From positions 1,240,001-1,271,000 of the forward strand of contig OZ025800.1 in the NCBI GenBank assembly GCA_964019425.1: DNA of 31,000 nucleotides, in the 5' to 3' direction. Positions within the stretch are counted from its first letter, which is position 1, and each line of letters begins with the position of its first letter. The notes beneath the pieces were generated by a model. It ran no database searches, was not told the DNA's origin, and was given only the letters and a program-made list of their open reading frames with translations. Source of the DNA: Flectonema sp. DT1601. Taxonomy: Eukaryota. Shown in pieces: positions 21,590 to 31,000 of the stretch. The position numbers and the translations under genes were made by a program.

Positions 21590-23894
21590 ATGTCCACCTC
21601 AACTCAAGGTGTTCAGCCTGCTGAGTATGCAAGACTCTTGGGCGTGAACACAATAGCGATTGCTGTAACTAACGAAGAACTCGACAAACTCGGCAACATT
21701 GCTGTAAAGCCGGAAGAAGCCTTAACGGGTGATGAGATAACCTTCAGGAACAAATGCCTTTTCCGTTCTGAAACTCTCAAACGTCATAGCGAGAAACTCG
21801 AGAACACATTAGTGGAACAGCAGGAGGAAAGAAACAAGCTGCTTGACTTGTTGAATACTTCTAAGGTATACCTTTTACTTTTTGTTTGTAACGCATTTCG
21901 GTAAACCTGTCTGAACGGGTCCGACCTTTTTTTGTGTTGGTCACAGTACAGCCCTTCGGATTGATTATTGAAATTACTTGTTCACCAAAAGAAAAACAAT
22001 CACACAGACGCCTGATGTTGTACCATACACAGTAGAGAAGGTAGAGAAGCTTTTGGACCCTTCAAAAATAAAGATGGAGACTGTTGTTGCAAATGAGCCA
22101 CTCCTTGATAGGGAAAATGCACGCAAGGCACTTGATGTGGTGTTGCATCAAAAACGTATAAATGATAGGTGGCATGTCATCACAACTGTAGGAATTCCAG
22201 GCTCAGGGAAGACCTTCCTGCTACGTAAAGGGATTATGAATGAATGGTATCCTGATCGAAGTATTATGATGACCTTTTATGAGCATGCACAGATTATCGA
22301 TGATGGAAAGATGGATCCGCTTGTTGCCTTTGCTCGTCAGCTTGTCCAATTAAACAGCTTCAGAAGAGACGTTGATTTCAACCGCATTGTAGACTTCCAT
22401 GGAGTGATCACAGCCTTTCGACAGAAGCTTGGCCTATCTGATGAGATCCCTTTGATTGTCTGTATTGATGAACTTATTAAATTGCGTGAACATCACATTA
22501 TGCTCTTGCGAATGGAAGGTGTGGATGAGCAAAGGTTGAAACCCCAAGCCACAGATCGATGCAAAGATCTGAGAACTGCCCTGATGGCCTATCAGGACAG
22601 ATGCACCAATAACAAGTTACCCGAGATACGATTTGTCTGGACGTCACACACCGAGTTGTTTGATAACGAAATGACCGCGTCTGTAGGTAGTCGTCGTCAG
22701 ATCGTTCACATACCATTAACAAACCTAACTCATGAAAATGCCCTGAATCTATTGAGACTTGACGAACTTAAAGGGGCAGGGGATCTGGTAACTGAGTGGT
22801 CATTGAATATGTGTGCTGGTAATCCCCGTGCGATTGTGAGTCTCCCCGAAGTGATTAATGACGCAAAGTGTTTTGGTACAGCTGGTCTTGCTTCACGCAT
22901 AGCTAGTGGAATTTATAGAGCATGCATGTTTCAAACGCTTCACATTTCATTTGTTGAGGACCACCTCGCTGCAGTTCTCACAAAGTCACTCAACAGTGCC
23001 ACAGAGGATGCATTAAGAATTAGGGGTGCTCTCCACAAACTCTCCAATGGTGTTGAATGCTTAATTCCAAGTTTGGTTTGGGCATGGGCAAATGAAAAGC
23101 ACACAAAGATGGTTGGGGAGTGGCTGGTTGGGGAGTGGTTGATTGAATATTTCGGCAGTGATGCAAACATGAACCCCAAAACATTTGAAGAGACAACACT
23201 CTACTTTGAAGGGCTTCTGAACCAAGCATACAGACAGCTGAAGAAAACACCATTTCTGAGTGAATATTTTGATGGGGCTGACCATATCCAGGAAAACATA
23301 AAAGAATTGATTGTTCACCCCAGGAAAGTGTTAAGAGCGGAAGAACCTTCATCCCTTAGCAGCTTGGGATCTGAAGAGCTTTACAATAAGCTCCAATCTG
23401 GACAAGCTGTGTACTCGAAAAATGTTGTCGGAGAGGGTGGTGACATTCTGATCCCTTTGATGCTCTCTGAAGGAAAGAAAAAGGCAACGCTCTACCTATT
23501 CTGTGCCCAGTGCAAACTAGCAAAGAGAGTCGATAACCTCCAAGAAGTAGAAACGAAGGCTGTGGAAATTCCAGCTGTCCAGGAACTCCAGGCTTGGGCG
23601 AATAAACAGAAGAAACCACTTGATGTACATGGTCTTTATTTCACCACACACACACCCAAGCTTCAAACTGCAAAGCGGAAGGGTGTTTGGTTCACAAAGA
23701 ATTCTATGGAGAAGTGGCTGAGCAGACTTGGTTTGCCAAGAGTCAATTACCACCATGCAAGAACCTCGACATCTGGTAGCTCCGCATTACTCAGACACCG
23801 GGCGATGAGCTGGTCTACACAACAAAGACCCCATCTACCCACAGCTAGATGCAATGCCCCAAACCTTTTACGGCGAATCTGTAGATTTTTGTAG
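21590..23894 (+). CDS. Crinkler/RHS-type effector: helical header + P-loop NTPase + PD-(D/E)xK nuclease; join(21590..21865,22008..23894), about 720 aa
   Basis: Phase-0 intron AAG|GTATAC ... CACAG|ACG joins the two ORFs in frame. Walker A GIPGSGKT (22191), Walker B LIVCIDE (about 22455), GNPR (22818). REase-type residues FE (23184), GDIL (23439) and AQCK (23505). Confidence 0.8.
21866..22007 (+). other. 142-nt header/effector intron containing the conserved 46-nt core (21900-21945)
   Basis: GT-AG ends, in-frame join, and sequence shared with the intron at 29214. Confidence 0.8.
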
Positions 23895-24290
23895 AACTTT
23901 GATTTCTTATATTTCTATGGTGGCTTCAGTTACACCTTGAGAAAGAAAAAAAGAACCTTCTGGTACAATGCTGAGTCATCGTCCATTGCCTTCTCGTCCC
24001 ATGAGTTCTTTTAAGATGCTTTAATCCGCCGTTCTCCAATAGATTTAAGAAAGGTCCCTCAATTTCTTTTCAAGGGAAAACGCGTGTCTACTACTGCGTT
24101 CCATAGGCTAATCGAGCTGGTATTCGCTATGTAGGTTTACTGTTCCTTGATAGAAGAAATTCCCAAAAGTCCTTCAAAGTTTGTTTTAAAAAAACCAAAA
24201 ACTAGTTGAAACAATAAAAGAAGAAGAAGACGAATAGGAAGAATGAACGTGTGAAGGAAAAAAAATAAATAAATAGAAGAAGGAGCAAGA

Positions 24291-24400
24291 CTCGCTTCGC
24301 TCGTGCAAAGTTATTTATTTTGTGTTATTTTGAATTTAGTTTGTTTTTCCTTTGCTTAAGTATGCTAAAATCCAAGGTCCGGCGCAGTTATGACATTAAG
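24291..24400. repeat. Dispersed repeat, diverged copy 1 (CTCGCTTCGCTCG..CAAAGTTATTT family)
   Basis: Shares CTCGCTTCGCTCGtGCAAAGTTATTTATTT and TTGTTTTTCCTTTGCyTAAGyATGC with the copies at 24787 and 30689. Confidence 0.85.
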
Positions 24401-24786
24401 CTGACTGTCATCTTACCTGATCCTTTTGGTTTTCATTTCTTGCTGAGTGATATGGCTATGTGCTGCCCAAATCTTTTGTGGTACGTTTCTAAAGCTTTTC
24501 GGTAAGCCCACAGTACAATTATAATGCTTTGGGCAACTGGGGGTGAACGATCCTGTTCCGGGGTTTTCTATTTTCTTTCGTGGAGTGTGGGCATATGGCA
24601 CATGTGGTCGTATTATAAAGAAAGATGTATATGAAAGAAAGAAGATTTTTTATTTTTTTCACCTTCAAATCATTTCTCTTTTATTTTCTTTAGTTGTTTA
24701 CAACCTGTTAGCCTCTGGGCAAGGTGGAGGCTGGAAGTCGAGCACTTCCATCCAATACTATGAAACTACAATCAAATGTAAAAAAA

Positions 24787-24968
24787 CCCGCAAACCCGCA
24801 CTAGAGATACCCATCAGGCTCGCTTCGCTTGCGCAAAGTTATTTATTTTTTCTGAATTAAGCTTGTTTTTCCTTTGCCTAAGCATGCAAAACTTAAAACG
24901 ATGGCTAGGTAATAGTGAGTACGTCGCTTATTTCAAGTTGCCCATTTTTATCTTTCTGACAACCAAGT
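24787..24968. repeat. Dispersed repeat copy 2; possibly the end of a non-autonomous Helitron/Helentron-like element
   Basis: About 180 nt colinear with 30689-30890: CCCGCAAACCCGCACTAGAGATACCC..CAGGCTCGCTTCGCT..CGCAAAGTTATTT..GAATTAA..CCTAAGCATGCAAAA..AAAACGATGGCTAGG..CAAGTTGCCCATTTTT. Confidence 0.85.
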
Positions 24969-25120
24969 GAGTTTTTATTCCCTGTCAGGCTTTTTGGCCT
25001 CTTTTGGGGCATCCTTTCTGTTGTTCTATCTCTCAGTTAAAATTATTTTTTTGTTTCATTCAGCTTTTTCTTAGCAAACGCAAACTGAACTTAAAAACAA
25101 ATAATCTTCTGCCAAAGCGG

Positions 25121-25648
25121 ATGGAACGCATCTTTACAATCAAGAGAACTACCAACTGGGTCAAGTGGTTACCCACATTGATCTCTCAGTACAACAGAAC
25201 CCCTCACCGTACTCTACACGAGCAAGCTCCAGATGATATTACAAACGATTCAACAGAGGTCATGGTAGACAACATTGAAAAGTCGCAACCTGCTCCATCT
25301 AGCGGGTTTGTTGTGGGAGACGATGTAAGAAGAAGATTGAAAAAGACGATATTCGACAAGGGAACAAAGCAGGTATGGACGAAGACGATTTACAAGATCA
25401 ACCACCTTAATGATGTCACAGCTAGACTCAATGATGGTTCAAGGGTTCGGTTCGATGACCTGCTTCCAATTGAGAAGGTTCGCAAACGGAGTGAGGATGC
25501 TGTTGTTGAAGAACCATCCCGAAGATCTGTTGAGACAAGGCACAAAACAGACAGAAAGATAAAGAAAGATATCCCCAAGAAATATCTGGATCTGATCAAC
25601 CAACCACTGGATAAGATTGGTAGACGCCAGAGAGCCAAAAGGTTTTGA
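25121..25648 (+). pseudogene. 5'-truncated Polinton-type retroviral-like (rve) integrase, C-terminal part only
   Basis: WVKWLPTLISQYNRTPHRTL..P and FVVGDDVR..KKTIFDKG.KQVWTKTIYKI match Polinton integrase WxxxL...YNxTxH..P and FxVGDxVR..KxxFxKG..W..I. The upstream DDE core is replaced by AT-rich sequence. Confidence 0.85.
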
Positions 25649-25711
25649 ACACATCTCATGCTTATGTATATAAGAACAAAACATATCACATCCAAACATA
25701 CCAAACTAAAC

Positions 25712-25942
25712 ATGCCCCACTTTAGAACTTCTGAGTACTACAAGGATCTTATTCACAAACAGATGGTCGACGATGGATGCTACCCATCCCAGACGAAAGC
25801 ATACAACGCATACAGAACGTGGAAGTACCGCCATTCAGTTCGTGGGGATGTTGAATGCGAATCATGCAGGACTATGTATAACCCCGATTCCCACGAAGCC
25901 CATTTAGAAAGTCCCACTCATATCTTACGAGCCAAAGAATGA
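25712..25942 (+). CDS. Small C2H2-type zinc-finger protein of the Polinton-like element (76 aa)
   Basis: CESC-x11-H-x5-H (CESCRTMYNPDSHEAHLESPTH). ATG follows TATATAAG and an A/C-rich leader. Confidence 0.6.
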   Translation: MPHFRTSEYYKDLIHKQMVDDGCYPSQTKAYNAYRTWKYRHSVRGDVECESCRTMYNPDSHEAHLESPTHILRAKE

Positions 25943-26052
25943 ACCATTTGTCACAGGTATACATATTTTTTCCCTTCTCGGTTTTTATTTTTCCCTTGAC
26001 TATATAGACTGTGTACATATACTCATATTACAAAACCAATAAACATTTCATA

Positions 26053-28798
26053 ATGTCTAACAAACTTTACAAATACGGCAAGGTACCCACAGCAACCACT
26101 CTGGATGGTTGGGAGAAGCTCATAAAACACGAAATAAAAGCAACTAAGTTGCCCAGAAGTAAAACTCAAACCTACAGGAAGTACTACAATATCAGAGGTA
26201 TCCTGATCAAGGGTATCAAAGATAATTTTGGTTCTGAGGTTGCTGAGGACTTAAAGGCATCTCTCGATTATTCATGGAAGAATTCGAACAAAGTGTTGGA
26301 TCCAGCATCAGTCAGAAGGCAAAAGCAAGACAAAGCAGACTTCGATGATGAGAAGCATGGGTTCCACTCGAAAAGGCGATTCAAAAAGACCAAAAGAGTC
26401 TACAAGGCCAACGACATCATAAGCTTCGAGTTCGATGAACAGACCAAGGATCTCGATGGTGACGATCTACGTAACTTGATTGTGCGTAACCTTAAGAGGA
26501 GTGTATCACCAGATATTACGGCCTTGCTCAACAAAGGCCTCGGTGTGAAGCTCAAGCTGTTCTATAGGTATGAAGTTTCGAGAGAGGGAGATGACGGAGA
26601 AAATCCATTCGAAGCAATCCACTCCTCCAACCATACAGTTACAAACATTGACAGCTTGAATTTCGGAGAAATCTTTGCAACTGACTTTGATAAGATCTTA
26701 GAGGCTGAGTTGAAAGGTCGAACCTAACCTTCCAGTACTTCAAGGGGATCCAAGCTGTGTTGTATCACACCAAACCTGTTAGGGGATCTGGATATGTTCA
26801 GTTACCAGACAGGATATCAAATAAGAAGTCCATCATCAATGTCAACAATGATAAGGATGCAGTGTGGGAGGATAGGTGCTTTGAGTTGGCTGTTATGTCT
26901 TCTGAGTTTAAATTTGAAAAAAATGCTGACCGCCTCTCAAAGTATAAGAAGACTAAAAGCCGGTACAACTTCTCTGGTTTGGAGTTCCCTGTCAAGGTTA
27001 GCGGTATCAGCAGGTTTGTCAAGCAGAACAATGTGTTCATCAACCTCTTCACGCTGGATGAGAAGCACAATGTCTTACCATATGGACAGTTTGGTGATGC
27101 CACCTGTGAGGATTGGATCAATCTTCTGTTCTTCGAGGATCATTACATGTGGATCAAGTCGCTAAGTCGCCTAATGGGATGTGATTCAAAGCATGGTGTC
27201 CACTGCCCTAGATGTCTGCACTCATTCAAAAAAGAAACAACCATGTTGGAACACTTCAACAATTGCAAAAACAACGAGGCATCCCGTGTAACCATGCCAA
27301 AAGAGGGTAGCAAGATAAAGTTCACCAACTACAGCAACACCGTTAAGAAGCCCTTCGTGATGATCGCAGACTTTGAAAGCATGATTGAAGGAGGACGTCA
27401 CCTAGCATCTTCATATAGGATCCATCTCGATGTCTCTCCAGAGCTGAACTGGAAGTATGGGACTGACTACATGTATACCTACGATCCAGCCATCGATGAG
27501 AAGTTATCTACCGAAGACTTTGAAAAGAAGAAACTCAACTCGTTCTACAACGATCTAAAGGAAATTATGGGCAATGTCAATAAGTTTGTTGGCTGGAAGA
27601 AGAGAATGTTTACAGATGTCAGCAAGATGATCATTACAAAGGCTCAGGTTAGAGAATATGAACTGTTTACTCACTGTTGCTATTGCAAAGAATCCTTCAA
27701 CAGTAGCGACAAGGTAAAGGTCCATGATCACTGCCGTCTAGTAAGTATAGAGGTGCTTCATGTAGTGGTTGTAACATCAACGTTAGGGACAAGCAACTGT
27801 ATGGTGATGTACCGCTCTACTTCCACAATGCGAGGGGTTATGACAACAATCACATCTGGAGGATGCTCGGTGACTCTGATCTACCGCTTACCTACGAGAC
27901 AACTTGTAAGGATGGTAAGAAGTACACCCGCAACAACCTCGATGCCATCAAGAACAACAGCGAGACAACGATGCTCATATCATTCAAGTTCAAACGTGGT
28001 GAGTACATGGATCGCATCAAGGTATGCGTAAAGGATAGTCTTCAGCTGATTCCATCATCACTTGATACATTGTTGAAGAACCTGCCAAACAACCACAAAC
28101 CTAGGATGACAGCCTTCATGTCTAAGAAGCTTACAGATGCAGGTGCTGAAGTAAACGATGAGAACCTAAACTTACTCCTATCTAAGGGAGCGTTCCCATA
28201 CACATGGTTTAAGAGTCACAAGAGGTTGAGTGCTAAGCAGTTGCCTCGAAAGAAGGAATGGTATGACACACTCAGTGATAAGCACATCAGCAGGGAGACG
28301 TTCACCAAGGCAAAGAAGATATGGAGTATGCTGAAGATGAAGACTTTTAAGGAGTATCATGATCTGTATCTGGCAGGGGATGTGTTGGGACTGGCTGATG
28401 TGATGGACAATTACCGCAACACATTTATAGCCTCTCATAGACTCGATCCAGTCTACTATGTTTCACTGAGCAGTTACAGTTGGGATGCGATGCTCCTGAA
28501 CACCAACGTGCAACTCGACCTGATATCTGACCCTGACATGTATGCATTCTTCGAAGATCAGAAGCGAGGAGGTCTGACGATGGCTGTTCAGAGACATGTA
28601 AAGGCAAACATCCCGAACACTGCGGACTTCGACAAGAACAAGGACCCAAGCTGTCTTTGGTACACAGATGCAAACAACCTGTATGGTTGGGCGATGATGA
28701 AGTCACTACCTTACGCAAACTTCCAGTGGGTGAAGGACACCTCATTTGTAACCCCAGAAGACATAACCAATTTGTCGACTCTGTTTTCTAACTACTAA
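26053..28798 (+). pseudogene. polB: Protein-primed family B DNA polymerase (Polinton type) with two frameshifts and a 3' truncation
   Basis: GSGY..LP..NKKSIINV, HYMWIKSLSRL, CPRC, ExoI ADFES, DHC/KYRG..CN, ExoII FHNARGYD, KDSL..SSLD, KGAFPY, ExoIII YLAGDVLGL, RGG and motif A YTDANNLYGWAM. Frameshifts at about 26718 and 27741. Ends before motifs B and C. Confidence 0.92.
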
Positions 28799-28806
28799 TA
28801 CAGAGC

Positions 28807-28913
28807 AGTGCTGTAACAGGCATACATCTCTTTCTACTTCGAGTAGTGCTATAACAGGCATTGCGATTATTTCTACTTTGAGTTATGCTATAACAGGCAC
28901 ATCTCCTTCTACT
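28807..28913 (+). repeat. Three imperfect tandem copies of about 39 nt (TGCTrTAACAGGCA...TTCTACT)
   Basis: TGCT(G/A)TAACAGGCA at about 28809, 28847 and 28886, lying between the PolB breakpoint and the header exon. Confidence 0.85.
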
Positions 28914-28970
28914 ACCCCACAGGATACCCCCAAAAAACAACAACAACACCCAAAAGCAAAAACAAAAACC

Positions 28971-30247
28971 ATGACATCTCCACCAAGTGACCTGCAGGGT
29001 GACCAAGATTACAGAAAACAATGGAATGTGACCGTAGCCGAGATCGCAGCAATCAAAGAGATTCAGATGGCAGAAATTAAAGGGAAAAACCTCAGCGAAG
29101 AACAAAAGGGAATTAAAGCGTTAGCAGAAATGAATGATGGTAACCTTGTCAACTACCTTAAGAAACTAGAGGAGAAAGAGAAAGAATACATGAAGCTGTT
29201 GAAGCCTACTGAGGTATACCTCTTTACTTTTTTCTTTCTACGCATTTCGGGGTAAACCTGTCTGAACGGGTCCGACCTTTTTTTGTATTGGTCACATACC
29301 TTTTTACTTTTTCTTTGTATACCTTTACTTTTTTTCTTACGCATGTATCGAGGTTCAAAAAGCAATTTCAGAGAAAAGGTTAAGATCAATCAGTACAGAT
29401 AATGAACCTTGTCTGAACGGGTCCAACCTTTTTTTGTGTTACTCACCCAATAAATCAATCCTAACAGAAAACACACAACAAAACCGAACATGAATTGCCA
29501 GAAGGTTATGAATTGGCACCGGTATTGCGTGCGAGAGGAATCGACCCCACCATATTTAACCGATCACGCACTGCATCCACAAAAGCAACAGATCTTTGGC
29601 CCTCCTTGATTCCAAATAAATGCGAAGTCTGCGGGGCTACTGAAGGGGTTACTCGTGCCCATATTATTCGTGAGAGGAATGATGCTAAGCGACTGCAGTT
29701 AGACTATGACTCTAACAAGAATGTTCTCTTACTTTGTGGGACTAGGGATACATATCGGTCAAAAGATCCTCCGAAATCTTGGAAATGCCATGCGATGTTT
29801 GACAGAATGATAATGTCATTTCTGCATGTACCTAATGATGAAACCCAGACACAGTTTATTGTGATTGGAGGGCCTCATAACGGCAAGGTGGTAACATTCT
29901 CCCGCAGTCCACACCGACGTGCGATACATTCTCATTTTGAGCATTGTCGTTTGAATAATAGTTTCCGTCTTGCAGGGGACATAACCGTGAGGCTAGGGAC
30001 AGAGGACATGAAACCAACAGACCAAACAATTCAGAACTGGGCCGCCAATGTTACCCCTACTGATGGTCCCACAAAAATAAAGGAATCCAAGAAACATGAG
30101 GAGAAACGGGTGGATCCCAGCGACCCATCAGCAGGGAAGTTCACTTACAAGGAGTTCATCAACTTCTATGGTCAGAAAGATGGGGCTGCTACATGGAAAA
30201 AGGCAAAACCAAGAATAAGAAAGGGACACAATAAAAAAAAGAAGTGA
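28971..30247 (+). CDS. Crinkler-type effector: helical header + HNH (treble-clef, HNH_2-like) endonuclease + short C-terminal aromatic module; join(28971..29213,29468..30247), about 340 aa
   Basis: Phase-0 intron GAG|GTATAC ... CTAACAG|AAA joins the exons in frame. Motifs CEVC, AHII, NVLLLC and CHAMFD. Lys-rich C-terminal tail (possible NLS). Confidence 0.8.
29214..29467 (+). other. 254-nt header/effector intron with the conserved core (29251-29296) and an internal partial duplication (about 29318-29446)
   Basis: GTATACCT..TACTTTTT..ACGCAT occurs at 29214 and about 29318. GTCTGAACGGGTCCrACCTTTTTTTGT occurs at about 29260 and 29411. Confidence 0.8.
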
Positions 30248-30527
30248 TGTTAGCATGTTTGATAGTGGAGACAGATACAGCTTACAGTCATAGTATGTGG
30301 CAATCACCAACAGGCACCAGCATGTGAATGTCTTCAGTCTTCTGCAGATTTGTGTGTATTTGAAGAAATAATCTTAAGGTTTGGAAACTATGTACTGGAT
30401 GTTAATCTTTGAATGATCGGAAGTTCTAAGGGATGCCTGTGTTAACTCTTATTTATCCTTACAGATTCATAGTTGGAGGGCAAATTCCGACTGATGGGTT
30501 ATGTTGTCATTATCACCCAATCGACTT

Positions 30528-30966
30528 GGCTCGCTTCGCTCGCGCAAAGTTATTTTTCTTTTTGTTTTTCTGTTGTACTAATGCTAGCACGAAAACGACG
30601 GCTAGCTTATGATATAAAAGAGTCCATGGTTTCCCCCAATTTCCTTGGAACCCAAAAAATCCCCAATACTGGTAATAATATAACAAAGCCCGCAAACCCG
30701 CACTAGAGATACCCGCTCAGGCTCGCTTCGCTCACGCAAAGTTATTTATTTTTTGTTTTTCTGAATTAAACTTGTTTTTCCTTTGCCTAAGCATGCAAAA
30801 ATGAAAACGATGGCTAGGTTATAGTGGGTATGGGGCTTATTACAAGTTGCCCATTTTTAGCTTTCTGAACAACTTTATTTAACAACCAAGTCACCTCTGT
30901 TATTATTTTTTAAAAATATAAAAAAGCCCACGGTAGCCCCCAATTTCCTTGGAACCCAAAAAATCC
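30528..30966. repeat. Two tandem copies (3 and 4) of the GCTCGCTTCGCTC repeat family
   Basis: GGCTCGCTTCGCTC.CGCAAAGTTATTT at 30528 and 30720. CCCCCAATTTCCTTGGAACCCAAAAAATCC at 30633 and 30937. GAAAACGAyGGCTAG in both copies. Confidence 0.9.
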
Positions 30967-31000
30967 TAGAATTCATTCAGGTAATTTTCCACCAAGCTTA

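Larger units (their letters stand above)
25100..28798 (+). mobile_element. Decayed Polinton/Maverick-like (endogenous virus-like) fragment; boundaries approximate
   Basis: Co-oriented, compact, intronless retroviral-type integrase C-terminus, small Zn-finger ORF and protein-primed PolB. No capsid, packaging ATPase, protease or TIRs seen. Confidence 0.85.

Noticed and set aside
25004..25120. N-terminal extension of the integrase ORF
   Set aside because: T-rich, mostly non-coding-looking sequence with a TTG start and no DDE residues.
26717..26735. GT..CTAAC..CAG 19-nt mini-intron that might repair the first PolB frameshift
   Set aside because: Removing it does not restore the downstream frame; a 1-nt deletion explains the lesion better.
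27741..27746. GTAAGT donor-like site at the second PolB frameshift
   Set aside because: The following bases encode the conserved KYRG..CN and FHN..GYD motifs, so they are not intronic.
24291..30966. Flanking repeats as Polinton terminal inverted repeats or LTRs
   Set aside because: They are direct, occur in four copies, and show neither Polinton-type (AG)n or AGT termini nor TG..CA/PBS features.

Overview
AT-rich eukaryotic (protist) genomic window with GT-AG introns. Every well-supported gene is on the + strand. This orientation, the PT[A/D]AP linkers and the 25-aa LRR type suggest a euglenozoan, possibly a diplonemid; that is inference, not identification. The left half holds host genes: the 3' end of a DEAH-box helicase, a mitochondrion-targeted RlmI-like methyltransferase that looks catalytically degenerate, a cytochrome P450, and a 2279-aa ferric reductase-type protein with 12 extracellular DOMON domains. 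The right half is an accessory region. It has three homologous helical 'header' exons, each followed by a related intron. Two are spliced to different Crinkler/RHS-type effector modules (P-loop NTPase + PD-(D/E)xK nuclease; HNH nuclease). The third is decayed and lies upstream of a ubiquitin-like + LRR ORF. The two intact introns share a 46-nt core that is 45/46 identical, although their exons are highly diverged. Between the two effector genes lies a decayed Polinton/Maverick-like fragment (truncated integrase, Zn-finger ORF, frameshifted protein-primed PolB). That fragment and the HNH gene are bracketed by a dispersed GCTCGCTTCGCTCG repeat family. All calls are by-eye motif recognition; no searches were run.
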